From positions 672,001 to 736,000 of the forward strand of contig CAWCKH010000004.1 in the NCBI GenBank assembly GCA_963796055.1: a DNA stretch of 64,000 bases, given 5' to 3'. Source of the stretch: an uncultured delta proteobacterium. GTDB lineage: Bacteria; Myxococcota; Myxococcia; Myxococcales; Myxococcaceae. Positions 1 to 9,401 of this stretch are shown here, in pieces. The first letter of the stretch is position 1. Each line of letters opens with the position of its first letter. Position numbers and translations under genes: made by a program. The notes under the pieces are model-generated. The model was given only the letters and a program-made list of their open reading frames with translations. It was not told the DNA's origin and searched no databases.

Positions 1-4
1 CAGC

Positions 5-379
5 GTGGCCGACGCCGACGGGACGCTCCGTCGAACCCGGACCCTCCAGCTCGAGGCCTCGAGCATCCTGCTGGCGGTGGATGCGCTTCCCGGTGGTGGC
101 TGGGTGGTCGGCGGCAGCGATGGATGGGCACAGAACCCCTCCGGTCTCAGCATCCTGTCCTTCGGGACCAAGCTCCTGGCCGAGCTCCCCACCCTGGACG
201 CAGACCCGGCCCGGATTGCGCTGCCCGCCGGGCCGCGACACAACGAGATCCGGACGGTCCTCGGCGGCGCGACCGTCCTCTGGTTCGGGGGGCACGAGGA
301 CGGGCCGGTGATGCACACCGGCGATGGGGACCTCTCGGCGATCCACGCCACCGGCGTCGTCGGGTTCGTGCCCCGCTGA
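5..379 (+). CDS. Hypothetical protein, probably the C-terminal part of a gene starting before the window
   Basis: Open frame from the window edge with GC3-rich codons and beta-strand-like composition; TGA at 377-379, convergent with the next gene. Confidence 0.6.
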   Translation: MADADGTLRRTRTLQLEASSILLAVDALPGGGWVVGGSDGWAQNPSGLSILSFGTKLLAELPTLDADPARIALPAGPRHNEIRTVLGGATVLWFGGHEDGPVMHTGDGDLSAIHATGVVGFVPR

Positions 380-385
380 AGGCCT

Positions 386-3157
386 TCACTCTCCCAGCGA
401 GCGGGCGTAGGCGGTGCGGAGCCCGTCGTCGGACAGCGCCCGCGCGGCCTCCGAGAGCAGCGCCTGCATCCGCTCGGCCCGCGCCTGCACCCGTGGGTCC
501 GGATGGCCCGACCAGCGCAGGGGGTCGTACTCCGCCGACAGGCGGGCGAACGCCCGCGCCACCTCGTCGGTCCCGGCGTTCCGGGGCAGCCCGAGCACGG
601 TGAAGTAATCGGCGTCTTCCACCTGCGCCCAGCGGGTCTCGAGCCGTGCCGCGGCCACCTCGACGGTCTCCGCCCGGGCTTCCTCCTGAGAGGGGGCCTG
701 GAGCTCGATCCACCCCAGCGCAAGGGCCACCGCCACCGCCTTGCGGCCCGCGTCGCGCGAGACCCCGAGCGTGAGCAGCAGCTGCTGCACGGTGCGCTGG
801 CCGTCGATCGACTCGAGCAACCGGCGCTCCCGGTCACCCAGACCGAGCGCCTGCGCGTCCAGCCGCCGGAGCAGCTTCGGCACCGCCCGGAGCGAGGGGA
901 CCAGCCGGTCCACCTCGTCGGCAGGGAGCCCGCGCCGGACGCCCTCGGCCGCCAGCGCCGACAGCGGGCGCACCGCGGCCCGCCTTCCCTCGGGCGGCGG
1001 CGTGTCCGCGCTCAGCCGGTAGAACGACACCGGCTCGGAGAACGCCTCCAGCGCCCGCGCCTCGGTCACCCGCTGCAGGAAGGGTACCAGCTCGGCGTCG
1101 GTCATCAGCTTCCGGCGGACCAGCTCCTCGGTCACCTCACTCTCCGCCAGCCGGAGAATGCGCAGCTCACGCTCCGCGGCCCGGTCCAGCAGCCCGTCCC
1201 GGAGCGCGTGGTCCAGGAGCGATTCCGTCGACACGGTGCTCGCCGCCGCGGCCAGAGCTCCTTCCTCGAGCCAGAGGACCCGCAGCGCATCGGCCGCCCG
1301 GAGCTCGAGGCGCGCGGTGGCCCGGCCACCCTCGAGCCGGAAGAGGAGCGCCGCCAGCTCCTCGAGCGTGACCCGACCCGCATCGGCCACCGCCCACCGT
1401 GCCCGCTCCACGGCCCGGCGCGCGGCCTCCGCCGCCTCTGCCTCGGCCTGGGCACGTGCCGCGGCGATCCGGCGCTCCTCGTCGGCCCGGGCGCGGGTCT
1501 CGGCGTCCTGGCGCACCTGCTCGGTCTCGGCCCGCGCCCGCTCGAGATCCTCGCGGAGCTGCGCTGCTTCCTCCGCCGCGGCGCGGGTGACCTCCTCGGC
1601 CTCGGCCCGGGCCGCCGACTGCTGCGCGATCCGGATCTCCGCCTCCGCCATTCGCCCGCGCCCCTGGTCGAGCTCCTCGCGCAGCCGGCGGATCTCCGTC
1701 TTCACCTCCAGCAGCTCGCGGCGCAGCGCATCCGCCTGTGCGCGCTCGGTCTGCAGCCACGCCTCGGCCTGCCGGCGCGCCTCGGCCGAGGCTCGCTCCT
1801 CCGCCGCCAGCCGCTCCGCCAGCTCGGCCGCCTCGCGCTCCAGGAGCTGGTTGGCCTCGGAGAGCGCACCGCCGGCGGCCGAGGCCTCGGAGGCCACCGT
1901 CCGCAGCTGCTCCAGCTCCGCCGTCTGCGCCCTGAGCGCCGCGGCGAGCTGGTCCAGCTCCGCCTGTGCGCGCGCCTCGATCGCCAGCCGGGCGTTGGTC
2001 TCGGCCTCGGCGCGCGCCTCCGCCTCACGCAGGGTGGCGGCCAGCAGCTCGGCCTCGGCGGCGCCGGTGGCCTGTGCCGAGGCGATCGCCTCGTGAGCGT
2101 CGGAAGACCGGCGCCGCTCCTCCTCCAGCACCTGCTCGAGCTCGGACCGAGCGGTCTCCGCCGCGGCGTGCGCGGTCCGGGCGGCCTCGGCTTCCGCCCG
2201 CGCCGCCTGGGTGTCGGCGCGCGCCGCCTCGACCTGGGCTCGCGATTCCTCGGCGTCGACCCGCGCGGCCAGCGCCGCCGCCGAGGCCTCTCGCGCGTCG
2301 TGGGCCCGGCTCTCCGCGAGCGCCTCGGCCTCGGCCCGCAGCCGCTGAGCCTCCTCCATGGCCTGCTGGGCGGCGCGTGCCTGGTCCTCGCGGGCGCGGG
2401 CCTCGGAGGCGATGTCCTCGAGCAGCGCCGAGGCGCCGGAGGCATCCCGACCCAGCGGAGACAGCCGGTCGTCGGTGGTGGCGCTCCAGGCTCCGGCGGC
2501 CACGGCCAGCATCGGGGCGGTGTGCTCCAGATCCGGATGGACACCGGGGAGGAGCTGGCCCGGCTCCTCGGCCGCGTGGAGCATCTCCTCGTCAGCCCCG
2601 GGTTCCAGCTCGGGCTCCGGCTCGCCCTCGAGCAGCGGGCCCGCGTCGAAGGCCTCGAGATGGTCGGGCGGGAGCGGCGGCTCGGGCGCCGGCTCGTCCA
2701 GCTGCAGCGGCCCGGTCGGGGGGTCCCAGTCCAGGTCCAGCGTCTCGGGGCCGGCATCGAGCGGGATGGGCCCGGCCGTCCCGAAGACGTCGGTCAGCGG
2801 CTCGTCGCTCAGAGGCTCCGCCGCCAGCGCCTCGTCCACCGCCCGGAGCAGGGTCTCGGACCGGAAGGGAGTCGGCAGGACCGGACCCTGGTGGCCCTCC
2901 ACCATCCGGCCGAGGAGCAGGATGCGGAGCCGGGCGGTCTCGGGCCGGGTGGCCAGCTCGTGCAGCAGCGCCGCGCCGCGGCCGTTCTCCACCCCGGGCG
3001 CGAGGAGCACCAGCGCCGGCTGCAAGGTGGCGGCGGCGGTCAGCGCGTCGGCGGTCGAGGTGGCGAGCTCCACCGCATGCCCGGCGCGGACCAGCGTCCG
3101 GCGCACGAGCGCGATGGTGGCCAGGTCGTCGTGGACGAGGAGGAGCGTGGACGCCAC
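386..3157 (-). CDS. Atypical receiver domain + long coiled coil + DUF4388-like region + C-terminal DnaJ-like (J) domain protein
   Basis: GTG at 3157 gives VASTLLLVHDDLATIALVRRTL (REC beta1/alpha1); then an acidic Pro linker, an Ala/Glu/Arg heptad-rich region, and C-terminal DYFTVLGLPRNAGTDEVARAFARLSAEYDP...ALSDDGLRTAY (J-domain pattern). Confidence 0.8.
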   Translation of the reverse strand: MASTLLLVHDDLATIALVRRTLVRAGHAVELATSTADALTAAATLQPALVLLAPGVENGRGAALLHELATRPETARLRILLLGRMVEGHQGPVLPTPFRSETLLRAVDEALAAEPLSDEPLTDVFGTAGPIPLDAGPETLDLDWDPPTGPLQLDEPAPEPPLPPDHLEAFDAGPLLEGEPEPELEPGADEEMLHAAEEPGQLLPGVHPDLEHTAPMLAVAAGAWSATTDDRLSPLGRDASGASALLEDIASEARAREDQARAAQQAMEEAQRLRAEAEALAESRAHDAREASAAALAARVDAEESRAQVEAARADTQAARAEAEAARTAHAAAETARSELEQVLEEERRRSSDAHEAIASAQATGAAEAELLAATLREAEARAEAETNARLAIEARAQAELDQLAAALRAQTAELEQLRTVASEASAAGGALSEANQLLEREAAELAERLAAEERASAEARRQAEAWLQTERAQADALRRELLEVKTEIRRLREELDQGRGRMAEAEIRIAQQSAARAEAEEVTRAAAEEAAQLREDLERARAETEQVRQDAETRARADEERRIAAARAQAEAEAAEAARRAVERARWAVADAGRVTLEELAALLFRLEGGRATARLELRAADALRVLWLEEGALAAAASTVSTESLLDHALRDGLLDRAAERELRILRLAESEVTEELVRRKLMTDAELVPFLQRVTEARALEAFSEPVSFYRLSADTPPPEGRRAAVRPLSALAAEGVRRGLPADEVDRLVPSLRAVPKLLRRLDAQALGLGDRERRLLESIDGQRTVQQLLLTLGVSRDAGRKAVAVALALGWIELQAPSQEEARAETVEVAAARLETRWAQVEDADYFTVLGLPRNAGTDEVARAFARLSAEYDPLRWSGHPDPRVQARAERMQALLSEAARALSDDGLRTAYARSLGE

Positions 3158-3176
3158 GGGCTGTCGGAGGAGCAGC

Positions 3177-5408
3177 CTACAGCATCGCCCCCGGGTCCAC
3201 GTCCAGGACCACCCGGACGGCAGCGGGGAGCACGTCGAGATCCCGCTCCAGCTGGTCCAGCACCGGCCCGAGCAGGGCGTGCCGGGGCGCCTTGAGCAGC
3301 AGCTGCCACCGGCTCTTGCCCCGGAGGCGCGGCAGGGGCGCCGGGGCCGGGCCCAGCAGCCGCACCCCCGTCTCCGGCCCCGGGAGGAGCACGGCCACCC
3401 GGTCGCCCAGCTTGCGAGCCACCCGGGCGGTCTCTCCTGCGTCCTCCCCCTCGATGCGCACTGCGACCAGCCGGCTGAACGGGGGCCAGGCCAGCGCCTC
3501 GCGCCAAGCGAGCTCGTGCTCGGCGAAGCCCTCGTAATCGTGCGCCGGCACGCGGGCCACGGCGTCGGCCTCGGGGTTCCAGGTCTGGACGAGCACCCGC
3601 CCCGGCTCCTGGCCACGGCCAGCCCGTCCCGAGACCTGGGTCACCAGCTGGAAGGTCCGCTCCGCGGCCCGGAAGTCCGGAAGGAGGAGGCCGGTGTCGG
3701 CCGAGACGACACAGACCAGCGTCACCCCGGGGAAGTCGTGGCCCTTGGCCACCATCTGAGTGCCGACCAGCACGTCCAGCTCGCCGCGGGCGAAGCGGGA
3801 GAGGAGGTCGGTCAGCCGCTCGGCGGTGGTGGCCGCATCCCGGTCCAGCCGCGCCACCCGCGCCCCCGGGAAGCGCTCGGCCACCTCGGCCTCGATGCGC
3901 TCGGTCCCCGAGCCCACCGGCACCAGCGGTCCGCCGCATGCCGGGCACTTCTCGGGAACCGGCCGGCTCTCGCCGCAGTAGTGGCACTGGAGGTTGTGCG
4001 CGCGGAGGTGAAAGGTGAGCGAGACGTCGCAGCGGCTGCAGGGCACGCCCTGGCCGCACGCCTCGCACACCAGCGCCGCCGAGTGGCCGCGGCGATTGAG
4101 GAAGAGGATGGCCTGCTGCCCGCGGCCGAGTGCCTCGCCGAGCGCGTCCACCAGCGGCGGCGAGAGCGCGGGTGCCTTTTCCGGAAGACCGGTCGGCCTG
4201 GGGCGAACACGGCGTAGGTCCACCAGCTCCACCCGGGGCATCGGGCGGTCGTCCACGCGGGAGGGGAGCCGGAGGTGGCGGTAGCGCCCGCGCCGGGCGT
4301 TCTCCAGCGTCTCCAGCGAGGGCGTGGCCGAACCGAGCACCACCGTGGCCCCGGCCTGCTTGGCGCGGACGACGGCCAGATCGCGCGCCTGGTAGCGGAG
4401 CTTCTCGTCCTGCTTGAACGATGGGTCGTGCTCCTCGTCGACCACCAGGAGCGCCAGGTCCCGAACGGGGGCGAACACCGCCGAGCGCACGCCGACGGCC
4501 AGCCGCACCGTGCCGGAGCGAAGCCCCTTCCAGTGGAGGAGGCGCTCACGGTCGCGCAGCCCGCTGTGCAGCACCGCCACCGCGCTGCCGAATCGGCTCC
4601 GGAAGCGGCCGACCAGCTGGGGGGTCAGCGCGATCTCCGGCACCAGCACCAGCGCTCCCCCGCCCCGGGCGAGCGCGTGCTCGGCGGCTCTCAGGTAAAC
4701 CTCGGTCTTGCCGCTCCCGGTCACACCCTGAAGGAGGAACGGCTGGAAACCGCCGGCGTCGAGCGCACCCTCCAGCTCGGCGAGCGCCGCCGCCTGCGCC
4801 TCGGTGAGCCGTTCCGGCCGCACCTGCCCGAGCCCCTCGGCGACGGTGGGCTCGACGGCGCGCTCCTCAATCTGGACGTAGCCCCGCTCCACCAGCCGCT
4901 GCACCGCCGCGCGGGCGCCCGGGACGGCGCGGCCCAGCTCGTCGAGCTCCGCACGGCCCCCCACCGCGAGGAGGTAACCGAGCGCCGCCGCCTGCGCCGG
5001 CGCACGCTTCAGCGCGTCGAGCGAGGGCACGCCGACCACCACCACCGTCCGCACCACCTCCGGGCTCGGCTCCGGTCCCTCGGAGGGGTCCGCCAGGCCG
5101 GGCGGCAGCGCGGCCCGGAGCGCCTCCCCGAGCGGGTGGCGGTAGTACGTGGCGGCGAACTCCACCAGCGCCAGCACGTCGTCGGGGAGCGCGGGCGTGT
5201 CCTCGAGCAGCGCCGAGACGGGCTTGAGCACCCCCCCTCCGTCGGGCGGGCGTCCGGGGCCGAGGTAAAAGCCGAGCGCCCGCCCACGGCCGAACGGGAC
5301 CAGGATGCGTTGCCCCCGGTGCAGCCGTCCCTCCAGCTCCGGCGGGACGAGGTAGGTGAAGGGCCCCTTCACCGGGCGCCCCACCGCCACCGAGGCGAGC
5401 TGCTCCAA
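3177..5408 (-). CDS. priA: Primosomal protein N' (replication restart helicase)
   Basis: LLQGVTGSGKTEVYL Walker A, VVDEEHDPSFKQ, LGSATPSLE, ILFLNRRG, four CxxC zinc motifs, GTQMVAKGHDFP, QVSGRAGR. Confidence 0.97.
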   Translation of the reverse strand: MEQLASVAVGRPVKGPFTYLVPPELEGRLHRGQRILVPFGRGRALGFYLGPGRPPDGGGVLKPVSALLEDTPALPDDVLALVEFAATYYRHPLGEALRAALPPGLADPSEGPEPSPEVVRTVVVVGVPSLDALKRAPAQAAALGYLLAVGGRAELDELGRAVPGARAAVQRLVERGYVQIEERAVEPTVAEGLGQVRPERLTEAQAAALAELEGALDAGGFQPFLLQGVTGSGKTEVYLRAAEHALARGGGALVLVPEIALTPQLVGRFRSRFGSAVAVLHSGLRDRERLLHWKGLRSGTVRLAVGVRSAVFAPVRDLALLVVDEEHDPSFKQDEKLRYQARDLAVVRAKQAGATVVLGSATPSLETLENARRGRYRHLRLPSRVDDRPMPRVELVDLRRVRPRPTGLPEKAPALSPPLVDALGEALGRGQQAILFLNRRGHSAALVCEACGQGVPCSRCDVSLTFHLRAHNLQCHYCGESRPVPEKCPACGGPLVPVGSGTERIEAEVAERFPGARVARLDRDAATTAERLTDLLSRFARGELDVLVGTQMVAKGHDFPGVTLVCVVSADTGLLLPDFRAAERTFQLVTQVSGRAGRGQEPGRVLVQTWNPEADAVARVPAHDYEGFAEHELAWREALAWPPFSRLVAVRIEGEDAGETARVARKLGDRVAVLLPGPETGVRLLGPAPAPLPRLRGKSRWQLLLKAPRHALLGPVLDQLERDLDVLPAAVRVVLDVDPGAML

Positions 5409-5423
5409 CGGGCCGCCCGCCCC

Positions 5424-6149
5424 TCAGAAGAGGCGGTCCGGGACGTTCGCCCTGGGGTCGCCGGAGAGGGTGGTGAACCGGACCTGCCGCTCGCCGTCGC
5501 GCGAGACCTCGATGGCGCGGGGGAACCAGTCGCCCGCCGGCGAGTTGTAGTCCACGAAGCGCACGTCCCAGCGAGTCCCACCCTCGGTCCAGCGGATGCG
5601 GGCCGGGAGCCAGCTGTCCTTGAACACCCAGAACTGGGAGTCGGTGTCCTTGGGCCCGCCGACCACGTACGCCACGTGTCCGCCGAACCGGGCCAGCCAC
5701 GCATTGCCGACGTTGACCCCTCGCTTTCGAAGGTGGGCCTCGAGCTCGGAGCGCCCGTCCCCCGCGCTCCGCGCCCCGAACAGCGCGCACGTCTCGCCCA
5801 GGCCCATGCCGAGCGCGGAAACGGCCGCGCCCTCGGTCTTCAGCTGCCCGCCGGACTGCACCACGGCGAGCTTCCCGGTCTCCGGGCCGCTCACCTCCAG
5901 CCGGCACCGGCCGGGGAGCCGCAGGTAGACCCGCGCGTCGGACTGCAGCTCGCCGCCCTGTCCCCCGGCCTCGGTGGTGGCGGCGCCGGAGAGGACGAGC
6001 GTGCCCTCCACCCGCGCGCTGCTGATGCGCTGCTCGTCCCTGCCAGTCAGGAGATGCCGGAAGATGGCGCCAGGGGCGGGAACGTAGGCCAGGGCAGTCC
6101 GGACGGCGGCCAGAGCGAGCAGGAGGATGGGCAGACGGAGGCGGCGCAC
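5424..6149 (-). CDS. Exported hypothetical protein (possibly LolA-like fold)
   Basis: Signal peptide VRRLRLPILLLALAAVRTALA followed by a beta-rich body (FWVFKDSWLPARI, DWFPRAIEV); start chosen at GTG 6149. Confidence 0.65.
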   Translation of the reverse strand: MRRLRLPILLLALAAVRTALAYVPAPGAIFRHLLTGRDEQRISSARVEGTLVLSGAATTEAGGQGGELQSDARVYLRLPGRCRLEVSGPETGKLAVVQSGGQLKTEGAAVSALGMGLGETCALFGARSAGDGRSELEAHLRKRGVNVGNAWLARFGGHVAYVVGGPKDTDSQFWVFKDSWLPARIRWTEGGTRWDVRFVDYNSPAGDWFPRAIEVSRDGERQVRFTTLSGDPRANVPDRLF

Positions 6150-6202
6150 GGGGGGCGAGGACTGTACACGAGCTGTCTGCACGGGCTAGAGCCCCGGATG
6201 CC

Positions 6203-6577
6203 ATGCCCACGCTCGCTCTCCTCGTCGGCGTCGTGCTGGTGGCGATCGGCCTCGGGGCGTACGTCGGCACCGGCGCCCACGCCCCCACCGCGCTCATCCC
6301 TGCTGGCCTCGGCGTCCTCATCGCCGTGGCCGGCCTGATCGCTCGGAACCCCCGGCTGCGGATGCATGCCATGCACGCCGCGGTCCTCGTCGCGCTGCTC
6401 GGCGTCCTGGGCTGCATCCCCGGCGTGCTCCGGCTCCCCGCGCTCCTGGGCGGAACCGCCGAGCGGCCGGTGGCGGTCGTCACCCAGCTCATCACCTTCG
6501 CGGTCTGTCTCGCCTTCGTGGTGAGCGCGGTCCGCTCCTTCATCGAGGCGCGCCGGAGTCGCGCGAGCGCCGGCTAG
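6203..6577 (+). CDS. Small membrane protein (about 4 TM helices)
   Basis: Four hydrophobic segments; TALIPA and MHAMH motifs. Confidence 0.8.
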   Translation: MPTLALLVGVVLVAIGLGAYVGTGAHAPTALIPAGLGVLIAVAGLIARNPRLRMHAMHAAVLVALLGVLGCIPGVLRLPALLGGTAERPVAVVTQLITFAVCLAFVVSAVRSFIEARRSRASAG

Positions 6578-6590
6578 GGAGAGACGTTCG

Positions 6591-7574
6591 ATGGCACTGG
6601 CAGTCCGGCTGAGGAAGCAGGGAGGTCCCGAGGTGATGGTCCTGGAGGACGTCCCGGTGCCGCCTCCGGGGCCCGGTGAGGCGAGCCTGCGGCAGTCCGC
6701 GGTGGGCCTGAACTTCATCGACGTGTACCAGCGCAACGGCCACTACCCCCTCCAGCTACCAAGCGGGCTCGGTCAGGAGGCCGCGGGGGTGGTCACCGCG
6801 GTGGGGACCGGGGTGACGACGGTGCGGGTGGGCGAGCGAGTGGCGTATGCCGGCGCCCCGCTGGGTGCGTACGCCGAGGCACGCAACTACCCGGCGGACC
6901 GGCTGGTGCCGGTTCCCGAGGGCGTCTCGGACGAGGTGGCCGCCGCCTCGGTGCTGAAGGGGCTCACCGCCTGGTACCTGGTGCGCCGCACCTACAAGGT
7001 GGCGCGCGGCCAGACGGTGCTGGTGCACGCCGCGGCGGGCGGGGTCGGGCTCATCCTCTGCCAGTGGCTTCGCCACCTGGGAGCGACGGTCATCGGCACC
7101 GTGGGGAGCGAGCAGAAGGTCCAGCTCGCCCGCGAGGCCGGGTGCAGCCACCCGCTGGTCATCGACGGGAGCAACCGGCGCGAGCTCCCGGCGAAGGTCA
7201 AGGAGCTCACCGGCGGAGCGAAGGTGCCGGTGGTGTACGACTCGATCGGCAAGGACACCTTCGACGTCTCGCTGGAGTGCCTCGCGCCCCTCGGGCTGAT
7301 GGTGCTCTTCGGCGCCTCGAGCGGGCCCGTGGCACCGTTCGACCTGCAGCGGCTCGCGGGCGGCGGCTCGCTCTACGTGACCCGCCCCACGATCGGGACG
7401 TACGTCGCCAGGCGCGAGGATCTCCTGTCCGGCGCGCGTGAGCTGTTCGACCTGGTGGCCCGCGGGGTGATCACCATCCACGTGAACCAGCGCTACCCCT
7501 TGCGCGAGGTGGGGCGGGCACACATGGACCTGGAAGCGCGGAAGACGACCGGCTCGACGGTGCTGTTGCCCTGA
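6591..7574 (+). CDS. qor: NADPH:quinone oxidoreductase (zeta-crystallin/MDR family)
   Basis: GLNFIDVYQRNGHYP, HAAAGGVG nucleotide-binding motif, VVYDSIGKDTF, GSLYVTRP, KTTGSTVL. Confidence 0.93.
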   Translation: MALAVRLRKQGGPEVMVLEDVPVPPPGPGEASLRQSAVGLNFIDVYQRNGHYPLQLPSGLGQEAAGVVTAVGTGVTTVRVGERVAYAGAPLGAYAEARNYPADRLVPVPEGVSDEVAAASVLKGLTAWYLVRRTYKVARGQTVLVHAAAGGVGLILCQWLRHLGATVIGTVGSEQKVQLAREAGCSHPLVIDGSNRRELPAKVKELTGGAKVPVVYDSIGKDTFDVSLECLAPLGLMVLFGASSGPVAPFDLQRLAGGGSLYVTRPTIGTYVARREDLLSGARELFDLVARGVITIHVNQRYPLREVGRAHMDLEARKTTGSTVLLP

Positions 7575-7595
7575 GGACGTAGCCTCGCGCCGCGA

Positions 7596-8429
7596 ATGAC
7601 CCGTCTCCTCCTCCTCACCTCGCTGCTGCTCGCCCGTCCGCTGCTCGCCGCCGCGCCGCCCCTGGACTTCGACGCCGCCCGCGGCGCCCGCGAGGTGGGG
7701 ATGGGCGGCACCTTCCGCGAGCTGGGCATCGGCGCGAACGCGGCCGACGGCAACCCGGCGGCGATGGCGCTCTTCCAGGCGTACCAGCTGGAGTTCGCCG
7801 GCGGCTACGACTGGAAGGCCAAGGGCTGGTACGCCGCGGGCTGGGCGCGCGACAGCACCAACCCCGACCTGTCGGGGGCGTACAGCCTCCATTACATCTC
7901 CAACGAGTACGGCGGGGCGAACGTGGGCCAGTGGGCCCACGCGCTCTCCATCGCCACGCGGCTCGGCGACAAGGTGGCCGTCGGGCTCGGCACGCGCTGG
8001 CTCATCCAGAGCGCGCCGAAGATCAACGCCGCGAGCCTCAACGTCGGCGTCTCCATCCAGATCATCCGCCAGCTGACCCTGGGCTTTGCCGGCTACAACC
8101 TGATCGACACCCGCCACCCCGAGCTGTCGCGCAGCTTCGAGGTGGGGTTCGGGCTGCTCCTCGGTCCGGTGCGCCTGGCGACCGAGGTGCGGAGCGACAT
8201 CGGCCGGGGGCCGCTGCATCCCACCTGGAACAGCGGGCTCGAGCTCTTCCTGGGCCGGAGCTTCGCCCTGCGCGGGGGATGGGAGTGGCGCGAGGCGGTG
8301 GAGCAGAACTTCGTCAGCGCGGGCATCGGCTTCGTGTTCGACAATGCCGGGCTGGACATCGGCTGGCGGCACGGGCTCGCCGGGGCAGGCGACCTCATCG
8401 TGGGCGGTCTGCGGATCCAGCTGCAGTGA
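7596..8429 (+). CDS. Outer-membrane beta-barrel protein (PorV/FadL-like)
   Basis: Signal peptide, GAREVGMGG...NPAAMA N-terminal motif, alternating amphipathic strands, C-terminal GLRIQLQ. Confidence 0.7.
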   Translation: MTRLLLLTSLLLARPLLAAAPPLDFDAARGAREVGMGGTFRELGIGANAADGNPAAMALFQAYQLEFAGGYDWKAKGWYAAGWARDSTNPDLSGAYSLHYISNEYGGANVGQWAHALSIATRLGDKVAVGLGTRWLIQSAPKINAASLNVGVSIQIIRQLTLGFAGYNLIDTRHPELSRSFEVGFGLLLGPVRLATEVRSDIGRGPLHPTWNSGLELFLGRSFALRGGWEWREAVEQNFVSAGIGFVFDNAGLDIGWRHGLAGAGDLIVGGLRIQLQ

Positions 8430-9339
8430 GCAGCTCGGAGGCGTCGTCCTCGGGGGTGACCTCGAGGGCGGCGAACCAGAGCGCGAGGTCCTCCGGGAGC
8501 GGGGCCACCAGCCGCAGCGGAGCACCGGTGCGCGGGTGAGGGAGCACCAGCACGTGCGCATGCAGCAGCGAGCGGTCGATCTGCCGACCCTGCAGGTGCG
8601 ATGGCCCGCCGTAGAGCCGGTCCCCGGCGATCGGCGATCCGAGCGCGGCGAGGTGGGCGCGGATCTGGTGCGTCCGGCCGGTGCGCGGCCAGACGGTGGC
8701 GAGCGCCAGCTCCGGCGTCCCCCCGAGCCGCCGGAAGCGCGTCTCGGCCTGCAGGCCGTCGCCGGGCCGTGCCGCCCACCGTCCGGGACGCGTCCGGTCA
8801 CGCGTGAGGCGCAGGGTGCACGTGCCCTCCGGTGGCAGTCCGGGACCGGTGACCGCGAGGTACTGCTTGCGCGCCGCCCCGGTGCGAAAGCTCGCCGCGA
8901 GCGCCGAGGTGGCGGCGGGCGACTTGCCGAACACCGTCACCCCGCTCGTGTCCCGATCCAGCCGGTGGACGAGGCCCGCCTCGCGGCCCAGGTACCCGGA
9001 GGCGAGGGTGAGGAGGCTGCTGACCCCGCCCGGCGTGGGCTGCGCGGGCAGACCGGGCGGCTTGTCCACCGCGAGCAGCTGGCGATCCTCGTGGAGGACG
9101 CGAAGCGGGGCGGCGGCGAGCAGGGGGGCCGTGGAGGCGCGCCCCGCTTCCTCCAGCACCACCAGGATGGGGCAGTCCGCCGGGACGCCCGCGGCCGGAT
9201 CGCGCTGCCGCCGTCCGCGGACGTACACCGCGCCGCGCGCGACGAGGGTCCGCGCCTCGTCCAGCGTGCAGCCCAGTCCTGCGGCGACGCCTCCGGCGAG
9301 TGGACCGGCGGCGCGGGTCTGGAACGCCCGCCGCTTCAC
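8395..9339 (-). CDS. RluA-family pseudouridine synthase
   Basis: VDKPPGL, VHRLDRDTSG (catalytic Asp), TGRTHQIRAHL, PIAGDRLYG, LLHA. Confidence 0.93.
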   Translation of the reverse strand: MKRRAFQTRAAGPLAGGVAAGLGCTLDEARTLVARGAVYVRGRRQRDPAAGVPADCPILVVLEEAGRASTAPLLAAAPLRVLHEDRQLLAVDKPPGLPAQPTPGGVSSLLTLASGYLGREAGLVHRLDRDTSGVTVFGKSPAATSALAASFRTGAARKQYLAVTGPGLPPEGTCTLRLTRDRTRPGRWAARPGDGLQAETRFRRLGGTPELALATVWPRTGRTHQIRAHLAALGSPIAGDRLYGGPSHLQGRQIDRSLLHAHVLVLPHPRTGAPLRLVAPLPEDLALWFAALEVTPEDDASELLTAAGSADRPR

Positions 9340-9401
9340 GTGCGAGGTGTCCCGAGTCGTGCCTTGACCGTTGAATCAACCTCCTGGCAGCGTGACCGCC
9401 C

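Noticed and set aside
503..3295. Long antisense or alternative-frame ORFs (e.g. 503-3295, 23556-26246, 36575-38935, 39621-41462, 44197-46074)
   Set aside because: Shadow ORFs expected at this GC content; they overlap well-supported genes and lack protein motifs
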